The notes below the pieces were generated by a model that saw only the letters and a program-made list of their open reading frames with translations, did not search any database and was not told the origin of the DNA. A DNA stretch of 64,000 bases, taken from positions 40,909 through 104,908 of the forward strand of contig JBBQZX010000021.1 in assembly GCA_038207335.1 (NCBI GenBank), read 5' to 3'. Both the position numbers and the translations under genes were made by a program. This document shows, piece by piece, positions 1 through 9,651 of this stretch. This DNA comes from Chthoniobacterales bacterium (lineage in GTDB: Bacteria > Verrucomicrobiota > Verrucomicrobiia > Chthoniobacterales > Chthoniobacteraceae). The stretch's first letter is position 1. Every line of letters begins with the position of its first letter.

Positions 1-41
1 GCGACTTTGTCGAAGGCCGCTCGGGAGACACTGCGTAGCCG

Positions 42-998
42 ATGGCGACCGGGCGCAAGCATGTGGAGGTCTATGTCGGCCTCTTTGTCCTGATCGGGTT
101 CTGCTTCATCGCGGCGATGGTCGTGACGTTTGGGAAGATGGGGCAGAAGTTCTCGAAATATTACACGCTCACGGTGGAATTCCCGAACGCGGGCGGGTTG
201 GTGAAAGACTCCGATGTGCTGCTCTCCGGCACGCGGATCGGATATGTCGCGCAGGTGCCGCGGCTGACCGGGCATTCGTATGCGGCGCTGGCGACGATCA
301 ACATCCGCGACGACGTGAAGATCCCGAAGAAATCGACCTTTCTCGTCGGTAGTTCGGGGCTCATGGGCGACCGGTATGTCGATGTGATTCCCCAGTCGAA
401 CTTCGATCCGGCGGACCTCGCGCAGCCGGGCGATGTGATTCTCGGCACGCGCGCTTCCGGGCTGGATGACGTAACGGCCAAAGGTGCGGTGGTGATGGAT
501 CAGCTCAACGCGGAGCTGCTTTCGATTCAAAAAATCACCGAGCGGCTGAACGAGAATTTGCTCGGCGAGAAGAACCTCAAGAATCTTGAGGAGACGTTCG
601 CGAACTTGAAGACGACGAGCGCGAATTTCAGCGAGGGCTCGCAAAAGCTGACGCCGCTGCTCGCGGACGCGCAAGGCGTGGTGGAGGGGGCAAAAGGGAC
701 GATGAAAACGGTCGATGGGGCGGCGGGCGATTTGCGCGGGGCGATTGCGGAATTCAAGAAAACAGCGGAGACGGCGACGAAAACGATCGACTCGGCAAAG
801 GGGCTCGTGGAGTCGGGCAAGGGGCTGCTTAAAAAAGCGGGCGAGGGCCAGGGAGCGCTTGGAACGCTGATGTCCGACCGCGAGACGGCCGAAAACCTGC
901 GAGCGTTTTTGTTCAACCTGCGCCGCTCGGGGCCGATTTTTTACAAAGATCGGGCCGTGCCGACGCCGGTGCCGAGCGAGAGATCTTCGCGCCGGTAG
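42..998 (+). CDS. MlaD/MCE family lipid transport substrate-binding protein
   Basis: N-terminal TM (VGLFVLIGFCFIAAMVV), MCE motifs FPNAGGLVKDSDVLLSGTRIGYV and SSGLMGDRYVDVIP, helical C-terminus with GEGQGALGTLMSD. Confidence 0.9.
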   Translation: MATGRKHVEVYVGLFVLIGFCFIAAMVVTFGKMGQKFSKYYTLTVEFPNAGGLVKDSDVLLSGTRIGYVAQVPRLTGHSYAALATINIRDDVKIPKKSTFLVGSSGLMGDRYVDVIPQSNFDPADLAQPGDVILGTRASGLDDVTAKGAVVMDQLNAELLSIQKITERLNENLLGEKNLKNLEETFANLKTTSANFSEGSQKLTPLLADAQGVVEGAKGTMKTVDGAAGDLRGAIAEFKKTAETATKTIDSAKGLVESGKGLLKKAGEGQGALGTLMSDRETAENLRAFLFNLRRSGPIFYKDRAVPTPVPSERSSRR

Positions 999-1046
999 CG
1001 GATCGCGACGCGCGCGGCAGGCTCCGTGCTTGTGCTTGCAGGTGCC

Positions 1047-2042
1047 ATGCACGACTTGCTGACCATCAACCTTTTGCGCGTCCTCTTCGTGACGTGCAGC
1101 GCGTGCGGTGGGTTCATGGTCGGTGACGCCACGTCTGGCTCGGCGTGGCTCGGTGGCGCTGCGGGGGCGGTATTCGGGCTCGCCGTGGTGCTTGCAGACC
1201 GGCTGATGCAGGGGGTGTCGCTGCGTCTGTTTTCCTCAGCGACTTTCGGTCTGTTGATCGGCTTCGTTTTCGCCCGGCTCCTCATCGCCGCGAACGTCCT
1301 GCGATACACCTCGGGCGGCACGCAGTGGATTGTGAGTTTGCTCGTCTATGCCACGTTTTCCTATCTCGGCATGATGCTGGCCGTGCGGAGTAATCGCGAC
1401 GAATTTGCGCTCATCATTCCGTATGTCCGCTTTCGCCGCGCGAAGGTGCAGGAGGAGCCGCTAATCGTGGATTCCAATGTGATCATCGACGGGCGGCTGC
1501 CGGAGCTGTGCGCGACCGGATTCATCAGCACGTCGCTCATCGTGCCTCGGTTTGTGCTCGAGGAGTTGCAGCATGTCGCCGATTCCGCCGACCCGCTGAA
1601 GCGCGAGCGCGGACGCCGCGCGCTCGAACATTTGCAGCAGTTGCAGCGCAACTCGGCGCTCGCGGTCACGATCCACGAAACTGGTGCGGACCCCGACACG
1701 GCGGTCGATACGCGGCTCGCGCTGCTCGCGAAACTGCTCGATGCGCGGCTACTCACGAACGACGGAAATCTGTGCTCGATCGCCCGGCTGCAGGGCGTCG
1801 TCGCGCTGAACCTTAACGACGTTACGAAGGCGCTGCGGCCCATTCTGGCACCGGGGCAGGAGCTGGAGATCGCGCTCGTAAAAGACGGGCGCGAGCCACA
1901 CCAGGCGGTCGGCTACATGCCGGATGGGACGATGATCGTGGTGAATCACGCGCGCGCCCGCCTCGGCGGCACGGCGACGGTCATCATCTCTGGAGCGCAT
2001 CAGACCAGCGCCGGGCGGCTCTTTTTCGCGGAGCTAAAATGA
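1047..2042 (+). CDS. PIN/TRAM domain membrane protein (YacL-like)
   Basis: Four N-terminal TM helices, PIN motif IVDSNVIIDGR, VPRFVLEELQHVADS, RGRRALE, TRAM-like GREPHQAVGYMPDGTMIVV. Confidence 0.9.
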   Translation: MHDLLTINLLRVLFVTCSACGGFMVGDATSGSAWLGGAAGAVFGLAVVLADRLMQGVSLRLFSSATFGLLIGFVFARLLIAANVLRYTSGGTQWIVSLLVYATFSYLGMMLAVRSNRDEFALIIPYVRFRRAKVQEEPLIVDSNVIIDGRLPELCATGFISTSLIVPRFVLEELQHVADSADPLKRERGRRALEHLQQLQRNSALAVTIHETGADPDTAVDTRLALLAKLLDARLLTNDGNLCSIARLQGVVALNLNDVTKALRPILAPGQELEIALVKDGREPHQAVGYMPDGTMIVVNHARARLGGTATVIISGAHQTSAGRLFFAELK

Positions 2043-2131
2043 CGCGCCTCTGTATGCTCAATGAGCGGCTTCGGAGAAGCGGCTCACCGGAGCTTGAATT
2101 GACTTTGTCAGCGAATCGCCGGCTGGATTTT

Positions 2132-2365
2132 TTAGAGTTTCCCCTCGAACTCCACCAGACGCTGTAGCGCCTCTAGGAAATCGCGAAATGCCTCCGCCGG
2201 AAGCATGATCGTGTCGCGGCGACCACCGACATCTTCGGTGATCTTCAAAAAACGACCTCTCTGATTCTCTTTGAGATCGAGAAAGAAAATCTTCCGCTCA
2301 ATAGAGACTTTCTCCGACGCGATCGGATCGGAGCCCATTCGCTCCCCTGGATTTTGGTTCATCAT
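2132..2365 (-). CDS. PUR-repeat (PurA/DUF3276-like) ssDNA/RNA-binding protein
   Basis: KIFFLDLKENQRGRFLKITE...RDTIMLPAE matches the PUR repeat pattern; start codon uncertain. Confidence 0.85.
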   Translation of the reverse strand: MMNQNPGERMGSDPIASEKVSIERKIFFLDLKENQRGRFLKITEDVGGRRDTIMLPAEAFRDFLEALQRLVEFEGKL

Positions 2366-2505
2366 ATACAAGATAATACTGACTCTCGGCGATTTGAGCC
2401 GACTAGGCCCGTGCGCTTGAGGGCATTTAAACTAGGCAGAAAAAGGGGACGTGCAATACCGAACGCGCAGATATTTTCATTTTTTCAGAACTGTAATAAA
2501 CGTTC

Positions 2506-3477
2506 CTACTTCAACCCGACCGCCGCAGACACCCGCGCCATGGTCTTTTCCGCAATTGCGCCCGCCCGCTCCGCTCCCTGCGCGAGCACGCGATCCACAT
2601 ACGTCGCGTCGCTGGCGAGCTGCGCCCGGCGCTCCCGCATCGGCCCGAAAAACTCCCAGATCGCACTGAAGAGCCGCTTCTTGAAATCGCCGTATCCGAC
2701 CCCGCCCGCGCGGTAGTCCGCCTCCATCCGCGCGACATCCGGTGCCGTTGCAAATAGCCGATAGAGTGCCACGATCACCGAGCCCGCCGGGTCCTTCGAC
2801 GCCTCCACCGGCGTCGAGTCGGTTACGATGCCCATGATCTTTTTCCTGAGCGCTTTTTCCTCCGGGAAAAGCTCGATCGTGTTGTCGTAGCTCTTGCTCA
2901 TCTTCCGGCCGTCGAGCCCCGGGATCGTCTCCATCGCAGGCAGAATGCTGGCCTCAGGGATCGTCAAAATTGGGCCGTAGAGCGCGTTCATCTTTTTTGC
3001 GATGTCGCGCGTCACCTCCACGTGCTGCTGCTGGTCGCGTCCGACTGGCACTACGTTGCTGTCGTAGAGCAAAATATCCGCCGCCATGAGCACCGGATAC
3101 GCGAAGAGCCCGTGCGACGGCACCTTTTCCTTCGCGATGTGATCTTTATACGCGTGGCAGTTTTCCAGCATCGGCATCGGCGTCACGCAGCTTAGCAGCC
3201 ACGTGAGCTCGGTCACCCGCGGCACGTCGCTCTGGTGGAAAAGCACGGCTTTCTCCGGATCCAGGCCGCACGCGAGAAAGTCCAGCGCCACGCCGCGCGA
3301 AAACTCCCGCAGTGCCGCAGGATCGCGCACCGTCGTCAGCGCGTGATAATCCGCGATGAAATAAAACGCCTCGCCGCGCTCCTGCCATTCGATGGCCGGG
3401 CGCATCATGCCAAAGTAATTTCCGATGTGCGGCTTCCCGGTCGGTTTGATGCCGGAAAGGATGCGTGGCGTGGGCAT
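2506..3477 (-). CDS. trpS: Tryptophan--tRNA ligase
   Basis: ILSGIKPTGKPHIGNY (HIGH), YPVLMAADILLY, VPVGRDQQQH, KMSKS; ATG at 3477. Confidence 0.97.
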   Translation of the reverse strand: MPTPRILSGIKPTGKPHIGNYFGMMRPAIEWQERGEAFYFIADYHALTTVRDPAALREFSRGVALDFLACGLDPEKAVLFHQSDVPRVTELTWLLSCVTPMPMLENCHAYKDHIAKEKVPSHGLFAYPVLMAADILLYDSNVVPVGRDQQQHVEVTRDIAKKMNALYGPILTIPEASILPAMETIPGLDGRKMSKSYDNTIELFPEEKALRKKIMGIVTDSTPVEASKDPAGSVIVALYRLFATAPDVARMEADYRAGGVGYGDFKKRLFSAIWEFFGPMRERRAQLASDATYVDRVLAQGAERAGAIAEKTMARVSAAVGLK

Positions 3478-3570
3478 GTTTTTGTGAAAAGGGCGGGCAA
3501 CTTCCGCGACCGCGCGCTGCGGTGTCAAGGTGCGCGGTGCGGCCTGGCATCTCGCACCGCACGGCTGAGT

Positions 3571-4619
3571 TTATTTTGCCGGCCGGCGCCAGACCCAATC
3601 GAGCTGCCTTGTAGTCGAGTGAATCTTCGGGTCGTTGGCGGCGTGGCCGTCCTCGCGATTCATCGCTACAGACCACAGATCGAAGCCGCCCTCCGGCGTG
3701 CGCCGGTAGCGCATAGGTGCGTCGTCCATAAGGTCAGCCGGGATCGCGGCGATGAAGTCCGGCACGAGTTCGTCGAGCTTTTCGGGAAACGCACCGCGAG
3801 CCCGGCGAAACAGCTCCAGCGCACAGGCAAGCTGCGCCTGCTTTGTGTGCGCTTCGGATTTGTAAAACCTTCCATCGCTGGCATCGAAGCCGCCCATGAG
3901 CATGGCGGCGAAAATTTGGTAGATCGACTCGAACATGTTCCCTCGTCCCAATTTGTGCCCCAGATTCTTGAGGAGAAGGATGACGCTTTGGTACGTCTGC
4001 AGCCGGATCGATCCTCGCGAGTTCATCGTCGTAGAGTTGGTTCATCAAAACTTGGTTCTGAAACAGCCAGCCACGCGGAGAGGGGCGCAGCAAAATCTTT
4101 CTCCCACTTCACAGGAAAGTTTGCGTGTGGCCGGGTCGTCCCATCTCGGAGCTGTTGCAGGAGAGGTTCATAATGTCCGACTGCGCCCAGCACGTCGGTC
4201 GCAGCAACCGGTCCCGGAGCGTCGAGCAGCTTGTTCTTCACGAAAAAATCGCGCCAAGCCGCAAGATCGATCCGTTCCGCTTTCGACGGTTCGCCCATCG
4301 TCGGCTGCGTGGCTTTGCTTTCGGGAAATTCGAGCCGCTTGGGTGGCGGCTCGTTTGCTTCGCTCGCGCGGAAGATTTCCTCGAAGATCGGAATCGCTGC
4401 GAAATTCTCCGCGTCCGGGACGGGCGGAGGGAGGAAATCTTTGAGGTCGAGTTTCACGCCTCGGCGCTCGGCGTCGGTGCGGTAGGCGGCCCATGCGCGC
4501 TGGCCGCGCCAGTTTTTCTCGGCGTAAAATGCGACGATCAGCGCGATGAAGAGGATGAGCGCGAGCGCAAGGCGCAGAGCCGCTTTGCGAGTGAAAATGC
4601 GGCGAGAAAAGCGGTTCAT
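3571..4619 (-). pseudogene. Disrupted membrane-anchored protein with GspG-like C-terminal tail; paralog of 21937-23325
   Basis: N-terminal part (4619 to ~4085), a middle piece in another frame (PRGWLFQNQVLMNQLYDDELARIDP) and a C-terminal piece (LACALELFRRARGAFPEKLDELVP...PMRYRRT) resemble the 21937-23325 protein, but the central region is missing. Confidence 0.7.
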
Positions 4620-4841
4620 TGGGATACCGTGGGGAGATGAAATTTACCGCGAGGGATCGAGGGAACGAATGTGAGAATGTGCGAAGGAGAGTAACTGCCT
4701 TGGCGTCCGCGCTCGGTCGATGCGGACTTTGCGGCTCGCGGAATCCGCGTCCTGGGAGCGCGGAAGTCCTGACCACTGGCTCGCTCGTCGATTTGATATA
4801 ATCTACAGCTCTCGCGATTCCGTAAAATCACCGCTACACCG

Positions 4842-6314
4842 ATGATCCTGAGCACACACGAAATGCGAGAGCTGGAGGAGCGAGCTTTTGCCGATGGCGT
4901 GAGCGCGGAGTTACTGATGGATCAAGCGGGAGTGCGTATCGCGGAGGCGGTGCGGCAGTTTTTCCCAGAGCCGGGGCGGTGCGTCGCGCACTTTGGCAAA
5001 GGCCACAACGGCGGCGATGCGCTCGTTGCCGCGGGGCATCTAGCTGCGGCGGGCTGGCGAGTCGAATTAGCACCGGCGTTTCCCATCGGCGACTGGAGCG
5101 CGCTGACTCGGAAGAGATTCGCGACGCTCGAAGATCGCGGCTCGGCGGCTGGCGGAGGCGCTCTCGTGGTGCTCGATGGGCTGCTCGGAATCGGAGCGAG
5201 TGGCGCGCTGCGAGAGCCGATCGCGGGTGCGGCGCGAGAGATCGCGCGGCTGCGGGCGGAAGAGGGCGCGCACGTTTTTGCGATCGATCTGCCGAGCGGC
5301 CTCGACGGCGATTCCGGCGATGCTGCGGACGGCGTGGTGCAGGCGGATTTCACGCTCGCGATCGGCTTTGCGAAACGCGGGCTCGTCGCCGATGGCGCGG
5401 CGCATTTCACCGGCCGCATCGCCGTACTGCCGCTGCGAGAACTCACCGCGCGCGCCAACTTTTCCGAGGAAACCGCAACCGTCGCGACGCCTCACACGCT
5501 CGCCTCGCTGCTACCGCGGCGCAGCTTCGACATGCACAAGGGCGACTGCGGACGCGTGGCTATCGTTGCGGGTTCGCGTGGCCTCGTCGGCGCGGCGTCG
5601 ATGTGCGCGGAAGCCTGTGTCCATGCGGGCGCGGGGCTCGTCACACTCCTCGTGACGGAAGACATTTACCCCATCGCCGCGGCGCTCGCTTCGCCCGAAG
5701 TCATGGTGAAGCCCGTGGCCTCTTATCTGGAATTGCTCGACCTGAAATGCGACGTCGTCGCGTTCGGTCCCGGCCTCGGGCACGCGCGGAGCGACGAACT
5801 TCTCGAGCTCATCCGGCGTGTCGAAGCGCCCATGGTCATCGACGCGGACGGCCTCAACGCTCTCGCCGCAAGCATCCAGACTCTCGATGCCTGCGCCGGC
5901 CCGCGACTGCTCACGCCGCACCCCGGCGAGATGGCGCGGCTTGCTCCTGCTTCGCGCAAAATGCTGCGCTGCAAGACGGTCGAGACATTCACTCAGAAGT
6001 ACGCGCACACCCTGCTGCTGAAAGGCGCGCGCACGCTCATCGGCGAGCGCGGACGCCCGCTCAGCTACAACTCCACCGGCTCGCCCGGCATGGCCACCGG
6101 CGGCATGGGCGACCTCCTCACCGGCGTCTGCGCCGCCCTCGCCGCGCAGCATCTCGCGCTCTTCGATGCCGCGCGCCTCGGAGCATGGCTCTGCGGGCGC
6201 GCCGCCGAACTCGCCATTTTCTCCGACTCCGAGTCTGAGGAATCGCTCAGCGCCACAAACCTCCTTCCGCACCTCGGCGCGGCATTTCGCGAACTGCGCG
6301 CGCGCTCATACTGA
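4842..6314 (+). CDS. nnr: Bifunctional NAD(P)H-hydrate epimerase/dehydratase (YjeF)
   Basis: GKGHNGGDA, DGLLGIG, AIDLPSG, HKGDCG, GPGLG, VIDADGL, TPHPGEMARL, MATGGMGD. Confidence 0.95.
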   Translation: MILSTHEMRELEERAFADGVSAELLMDQAGVRIAEAVRQFFPEPGRCVAHFGKGHNGGDALVAAGHLAAAGWRVELAPAFPIGDWSALTRKRFATLEDRGSAAGGGALVVLDGLLGIGASGALREPIAGAAREIARLRAEEGAHVFAIDLPSGLDGDSGDAADGVVQADFTLAIGFAKRGLVADGAAHFTGRIAVLPLRELTARANFSEETATVATPHTLASLLPRRSFDMHKGDCGRVAIVAGSRGLVGAASMCAEACVHAGAGLVTLLVTEDIYPIAAALASPEVMVKPVASYLELLDLKCDVVAFGPGLGHARSDELLELIRRVEAPMVIDADGLNALAASIQTLDACAGPRLLTPHPGEMARLAPASRKMLRCKTVETFTQKYAHTLLLKGARTLIGERGRPLSYNSTGSPGMATGGMGDLLTGVCAALAAQHLALFDAARLGAWLCGRAAELAIFSDSESEESLSATNLLPHLGAAFRELRARSY

Positions 6315-6432
6315 TCTCCTTAATCTCCTGCCCCTCGCGCGAAGCAACCGCGCGCCCGGCGATCCGCGAATCTGCATTGCCCTGACGAGCCCGCTTTGAG
6401 CGATGTGCAGGGAAATTCAAACAAACCAAAAT

Positions 6433-6888
6433 ATGAAATCACAACTCCACAAAATCACCGGCGCGATCCTCGCAGCCACCGCCCTCGCTTGCGTTTCCTC
6501 GTTTGCGCAGTCGGCGGTCACAACCACCAGCACCACCACCACGGCAGGCACCATTAGCGACTTCAGCCCGGACACCATCGTCGTCCGCACCGAGTCCAGC
6601 CCGGAGCCCATCCGCTACAGCTACTCGAAGACCACGACGTACGTCGATGACTCCGGAACTCCCGTGTCGCTCGAACTCGTGAAAAGCGGTCTGCCCGTCA
6701 CGGTCAGCTACATCAAGGAAGGCGACCACATGGTGGCCAACCGCGTCATCGTCCACAAGAAGACGACCACGACCACGACGGATGGCGGCACCGCAGTAGT
6801 CGAGAAAAAGCGCACTACCATTACCGACGACGCGCCTGCAGTCATCGAGAAAAAGTCCACCACGACGACCACCTCGGAGACCAAGTAA
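6433..6888 (+). CDS. Secreted Thr-rich hypothetical protein
   Basis: Signal peptide ending SFAQ, poly-Thr tracts, small beta-rich core; followed by a terminator. Confidence 0.75.
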   Translation: MKSQLHKITGAILAATALACVSSFAQSAVTTTSTTTTAGTISDFSPDTIVVRTESSPEPIRYSYSKTTTYVDDSGTPVSLELVKSGLPVTVSYIKEGDHMVANRVIVHKKTTTTTTDGGTAVVEKKRTTITDDAPAVIEKKSTTTTTSETK

Positions 6889-6916
6889 ATCTAGGCCCGT
6901 TTCAACCCCCAACCCT

Positions 6917-6951
6917 AAAAACCCGCGAAGTTTTTACTTCGCGGGTTTTTT
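6917..6951 (+). terminator. Intrinsic terminator (possibly bidirectional)
   Basis: aaaaacccgcgaagt-tttt-acttcgcgggttttt perfect stem with T-run, 29 bp after a stop codon. Confidence 0.9.
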
Positions 6952-7049
6952 GTGAAACGAAACAACAAATGCAAAAAAATTCCCGCCAGCAGAAACGCTC
7001 ACCGCGCCCTCCGCGCGCGAACCAAACACAGCAACCCACACAAGCCGAC

Positions 7050-7304
7050 ATGGACACACAGAACTACCCGCAAAACTTCGATGAATTCCGTCACCGCACG
7101 GAGGACTACGTGCGCGATGAACCGACCAAAGCCGTTGGCCTCGCCGTGCTCGCCGGAATCGTCCTCACCATCTTCCCGGTTTTCAGCATCATCACCGGCA
7201 TCCTTCGCCTCATCCTCACGCTCGCCCGTCCAGCGCTTCTCATCCTCGGCGGCATGAAGCTCTACGAGGAGATCGACAAACGCTGCTGCAAAAACGGCGA
7301 ATAA
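7050..7304 (+). CDS. Small membrane protein, ElaB/YqjD/DUF883-like
   Basis: EDYVRDEPTKAVGLAVLAGIVL motif. Confidence 0.65.
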   Translation: MDTQNYPQNFDEFRHRTEDYVRDEPTKAVGLAVLAGIVLTIFPVFSIITGILRLILTLARPALLILGGMKLYEEIDKRCCKNGE

Positions 7305-7322
7305 TCCACTCCCCTCCCAGCC

Positions 7323-7667
7323 ATGAAAACTCACAACTACCCGGTGCATTCCGACCCGCCCGCGCGCGGCTTCGCGGAGCAGGCTGATCTCGCACTTCGC
7401 GAAAACCCCATTCCGGCCATCATCACCGCCGTCGCCCTCGGCTTCGGAATCGGGCTGCTCGTCCGGTTTCTCCAACCCGAGCCTCACCATCTCCGCGACT
7501 ACGTGGATGAAAGTCGCGGCTATTTCCGTTCTGCGATCAAGCCGTGGAAAAAGAAAGTCCACCGCGCTTATGACACCTCGTCGAAAGCCATCCACAATGC
7601 CGCCGACGACCTCCGCGACATCGATCTCGACCCCGTCGCGAAATGGTGGAAGCGCCTCTGGGCGTGA
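7323..7667 (+). CDS. Small membrane protein, DUF883-like motif
   Basis: LRENPIPAIITAVALGFGIGLLV motif. Confidence 0.65.
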   Translation: MKTHNYPVHSDPPARGFAEQADLALRENPIPAIITAVALGFGIGLLVRFLQPEPHHLRDYVDESRGYFRSAIKPWKKKVHRAYDTSSKAIHNAADDLRDIDLDPVAKWWKRLWA

Positions 7668-7703
7668 GCGAGAGTCAGGTCAGTCTCGGATTCTAGCCGC
7701 GCG

Positions 7704-8288
7704 TCAAGGACGCACCCCGGCAGGCCTCGGCGGGAGACTTGAGCGGTTCTTCTTCGCTTCCTCTGCTTCCTTGATCTGGGCCAAAAGCGCGTCCTTCTCG
7801 CGAAAGTCGTAACCTTTCCAATCCGTCGCGCCGCGCTGCGGATACGTCTCCGTGGAGAGCTTGTGCGAATCCCCGAAGACCAGAATCGCCATTCGCCACT
7901 TCCCTTCCTTGCTCGCCGTGTCGATCGGCACAAACACATCGATATTCGCGTGCGCTTTTAACAACGGCGGCAATCCATACGACCCGTCGGCATGGTTTGC
8001 ATTCGGGATGGTCGAGCAGTGCGAGAGTTCCTTCTTGTCGTTGTCGAAAAAGTAAGCGCGGCCGACGATCTCACTCCCCTTTACGTCACGGCTGGTTCGC
8101 AGGCTCACCTTGAGGCACGGCCATTTAATCCGAAAGACGCCGTCCGCCGCGATCCAGTTATCGAAAGTGAACTCCCGCACGCTGACGATCGTGACGACGG
8201 GCACGCTCGATGCCGGTGCTGGCGGCTCCGCGGAAAGTGGAAGCGCCGCGACCAAGCCCAAGACAAAGGAGACAGTAAGAGCATTCAT
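7704..8288 (-). CDS. Secreted hypothetical protein
   Basis: ATG at 8288, signal peptide ending LPLSA, globular composition. Confidence 0.65.
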   Translation of the reverse strand: MNALTVSFVLGLVAALPLSAEPPAPASSVPVVTIVSVREFTFDNWIAADGVFRIKWPCLKVSLRTSRDVKGSEIVGRAYFFDNDKKELSHCSTIPNANHADGSYGLPPLLKAHANIDVFVPIDTASKEGKWRMAILVFGDSHKLSTETYPQRGATDWKGYDFREKDALLAQIKEAEEAKKNRSSLPPRPAGVRP

Positions 8289-8430
8289 GCGTGGGAGAAT
8301 CTGGAGTGTGATCACATTTCGGATTGGTTCAAAAATTGCACCTGACTCCTGTCGGCAAATGGAGTCAAGGCATCCGCATCCTCCCGTATTTGCGCTCGAC
8401 CGCCGCGGTTCCTTTCGCAAACGTCGCCTC

Positions 8431-9651
8431 GTGCGTTTCCCCTCGCTCGTCCTCCTCACGCTGCTTTGCGTCGTTGTGCTCGGTCGCGCGGAGGACTGGC
8501 CGCAATTTCGCGGCCCCACCGGTCTCGGCTACACGACGGAAAAGGCGCTCCCTACGACTTGGAACGCAGCCACCGGCGAGCACATCGCGTGGCGCGCGGC
8601 GTTGCCGAAAAGCGACGGCGCTTACTCGTCGCCCATTATCGTCGGCGACCGCGTCATCGTCACCTGCGCCTCGAATCAGCCCGTGACGCATCGCGTCCTT
8701 TGCTTTGCGAAAGCGGACGGCCGCGCGCTGTGGGACACGGCCATCGAGCCCGGGCCGTGGATTCTCACTGACCACCGCGGCGGCTACGGTGCGCCGACTC
8801 CGTGCAGCGACGGCAAGCAAATCTACGCCGTCTTTGGCTCCGCCGTCATCGCCGCGCTCAACCTCGATGGCCATCTCGTCTGGCGCCAACCCATCGAGCC
8901 GCACGCCTTCGACGTCGCCCTCGGTAGCAGTCCGATTCTTTTCAGAGACACCGTCATCCTCGACTGCGACCAGACCGGCAAAACCTCCCACTTTCTCGCG
9001 CTCCAGACCCGCGACGGCGCCGTCCGCTGGAAAGCCGAACGCCCAGCGCAGAGCTTCGCCCACAGCACCCCCGTCATCGTCCAAATCGCCGGCAAACCCC
9101 AGATGCTCGTCAGCGCCTCCAACGCCCTCCAAGGCCTCGACCCCGCCGACGGCCACATCCTCTGGAGCTGCGCCGCGCAGGGCGACGCCGCCTCTCCGGC
9201 CTTCGCAGAAGGCCTCGTCTTCAGCGACAGCGGGCGCGGTGGCAAAGCCGTCTGTGTCGATCCCACCGGTAACGGCGACATCACCGCCACGCACCTCCGC
9301 TGGACCATCCCGCAAATCCCCGAGGGCCTCTCCTCCGCCATCATCGTCGGCGGTCGCGTGTGGCGCACGCACAGTCCCTCCATCCTGAAGTGCTTCGACC
9401 TCGCCACCGGCAAAATCGTCTTCGCCGAGCGCATCTCCGGCCTCTCCCCGTGGCCCAGCCCCATCGCCACCGCCAATGGTCTCCTCTACTTTGCCTGCGC
9501 CGGGAAGACCGTCGTGGTGAAAGTGGCTGCCCCTCTTGAAATCGTCGCCACCAACGACCTCGGCGAAGAAGACCGCGCCAGCGCCGCGGTCAGCGACGGC
9601 CACCTCTTCATCCGTGGTGACAAAACCCTCTTCTGCATCGGCCCCAAATAA
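8431..9651 (+). CDS. PQQ-like/BamB-like beta-propeller repeat protein (PVC-expanded family)
   Basis: Signal peptide then DWPQFRGP, YSSPII, APTPCSDG, ASAAVSDGHLFIRG; GTG start inferred. Confidence 0.9.
   Translation: MRFPSLVLLTLLCVVVLGRAEDWPQFRGPTGLGYTTEKALPTTWNAATGEHIAWRAALPKSDGAYSSPIIVGDRVIVTCASNQPVTHRVLCFAKADGRALWDTAIEPGPWILTDHRGGYGAPTPCSDGKQIYAVFGSAVIAALNLDGHLVWRQPIEPHAFDVALGSSPILFRDTVILDCDQTGKTSHFLALQTRDGAVRWKAERPAQSFAHSTPVIVQIAGKPQMLVSASNALQGLDPADGHILWSCAAQGDAASPAFAEGLVFSDSGRGGKAVCVDPTGNGDITATHLRWTIPQIPEGLSSAIIVGGRVWRTHSPSILKCFDLATGKIVFAERISGLSPWPSPIATANGLLYFACAGKTVVVKVAAPLEIVATNDLGEEDRASAAVSDGHLFIRGDKTLFCIGPK

Noticed and set aside
4680..4790. Hairpin-rich spacer before nnr as a riboswitch
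   Set aside because: Short stems are present but I recognised no riboswitch consensus
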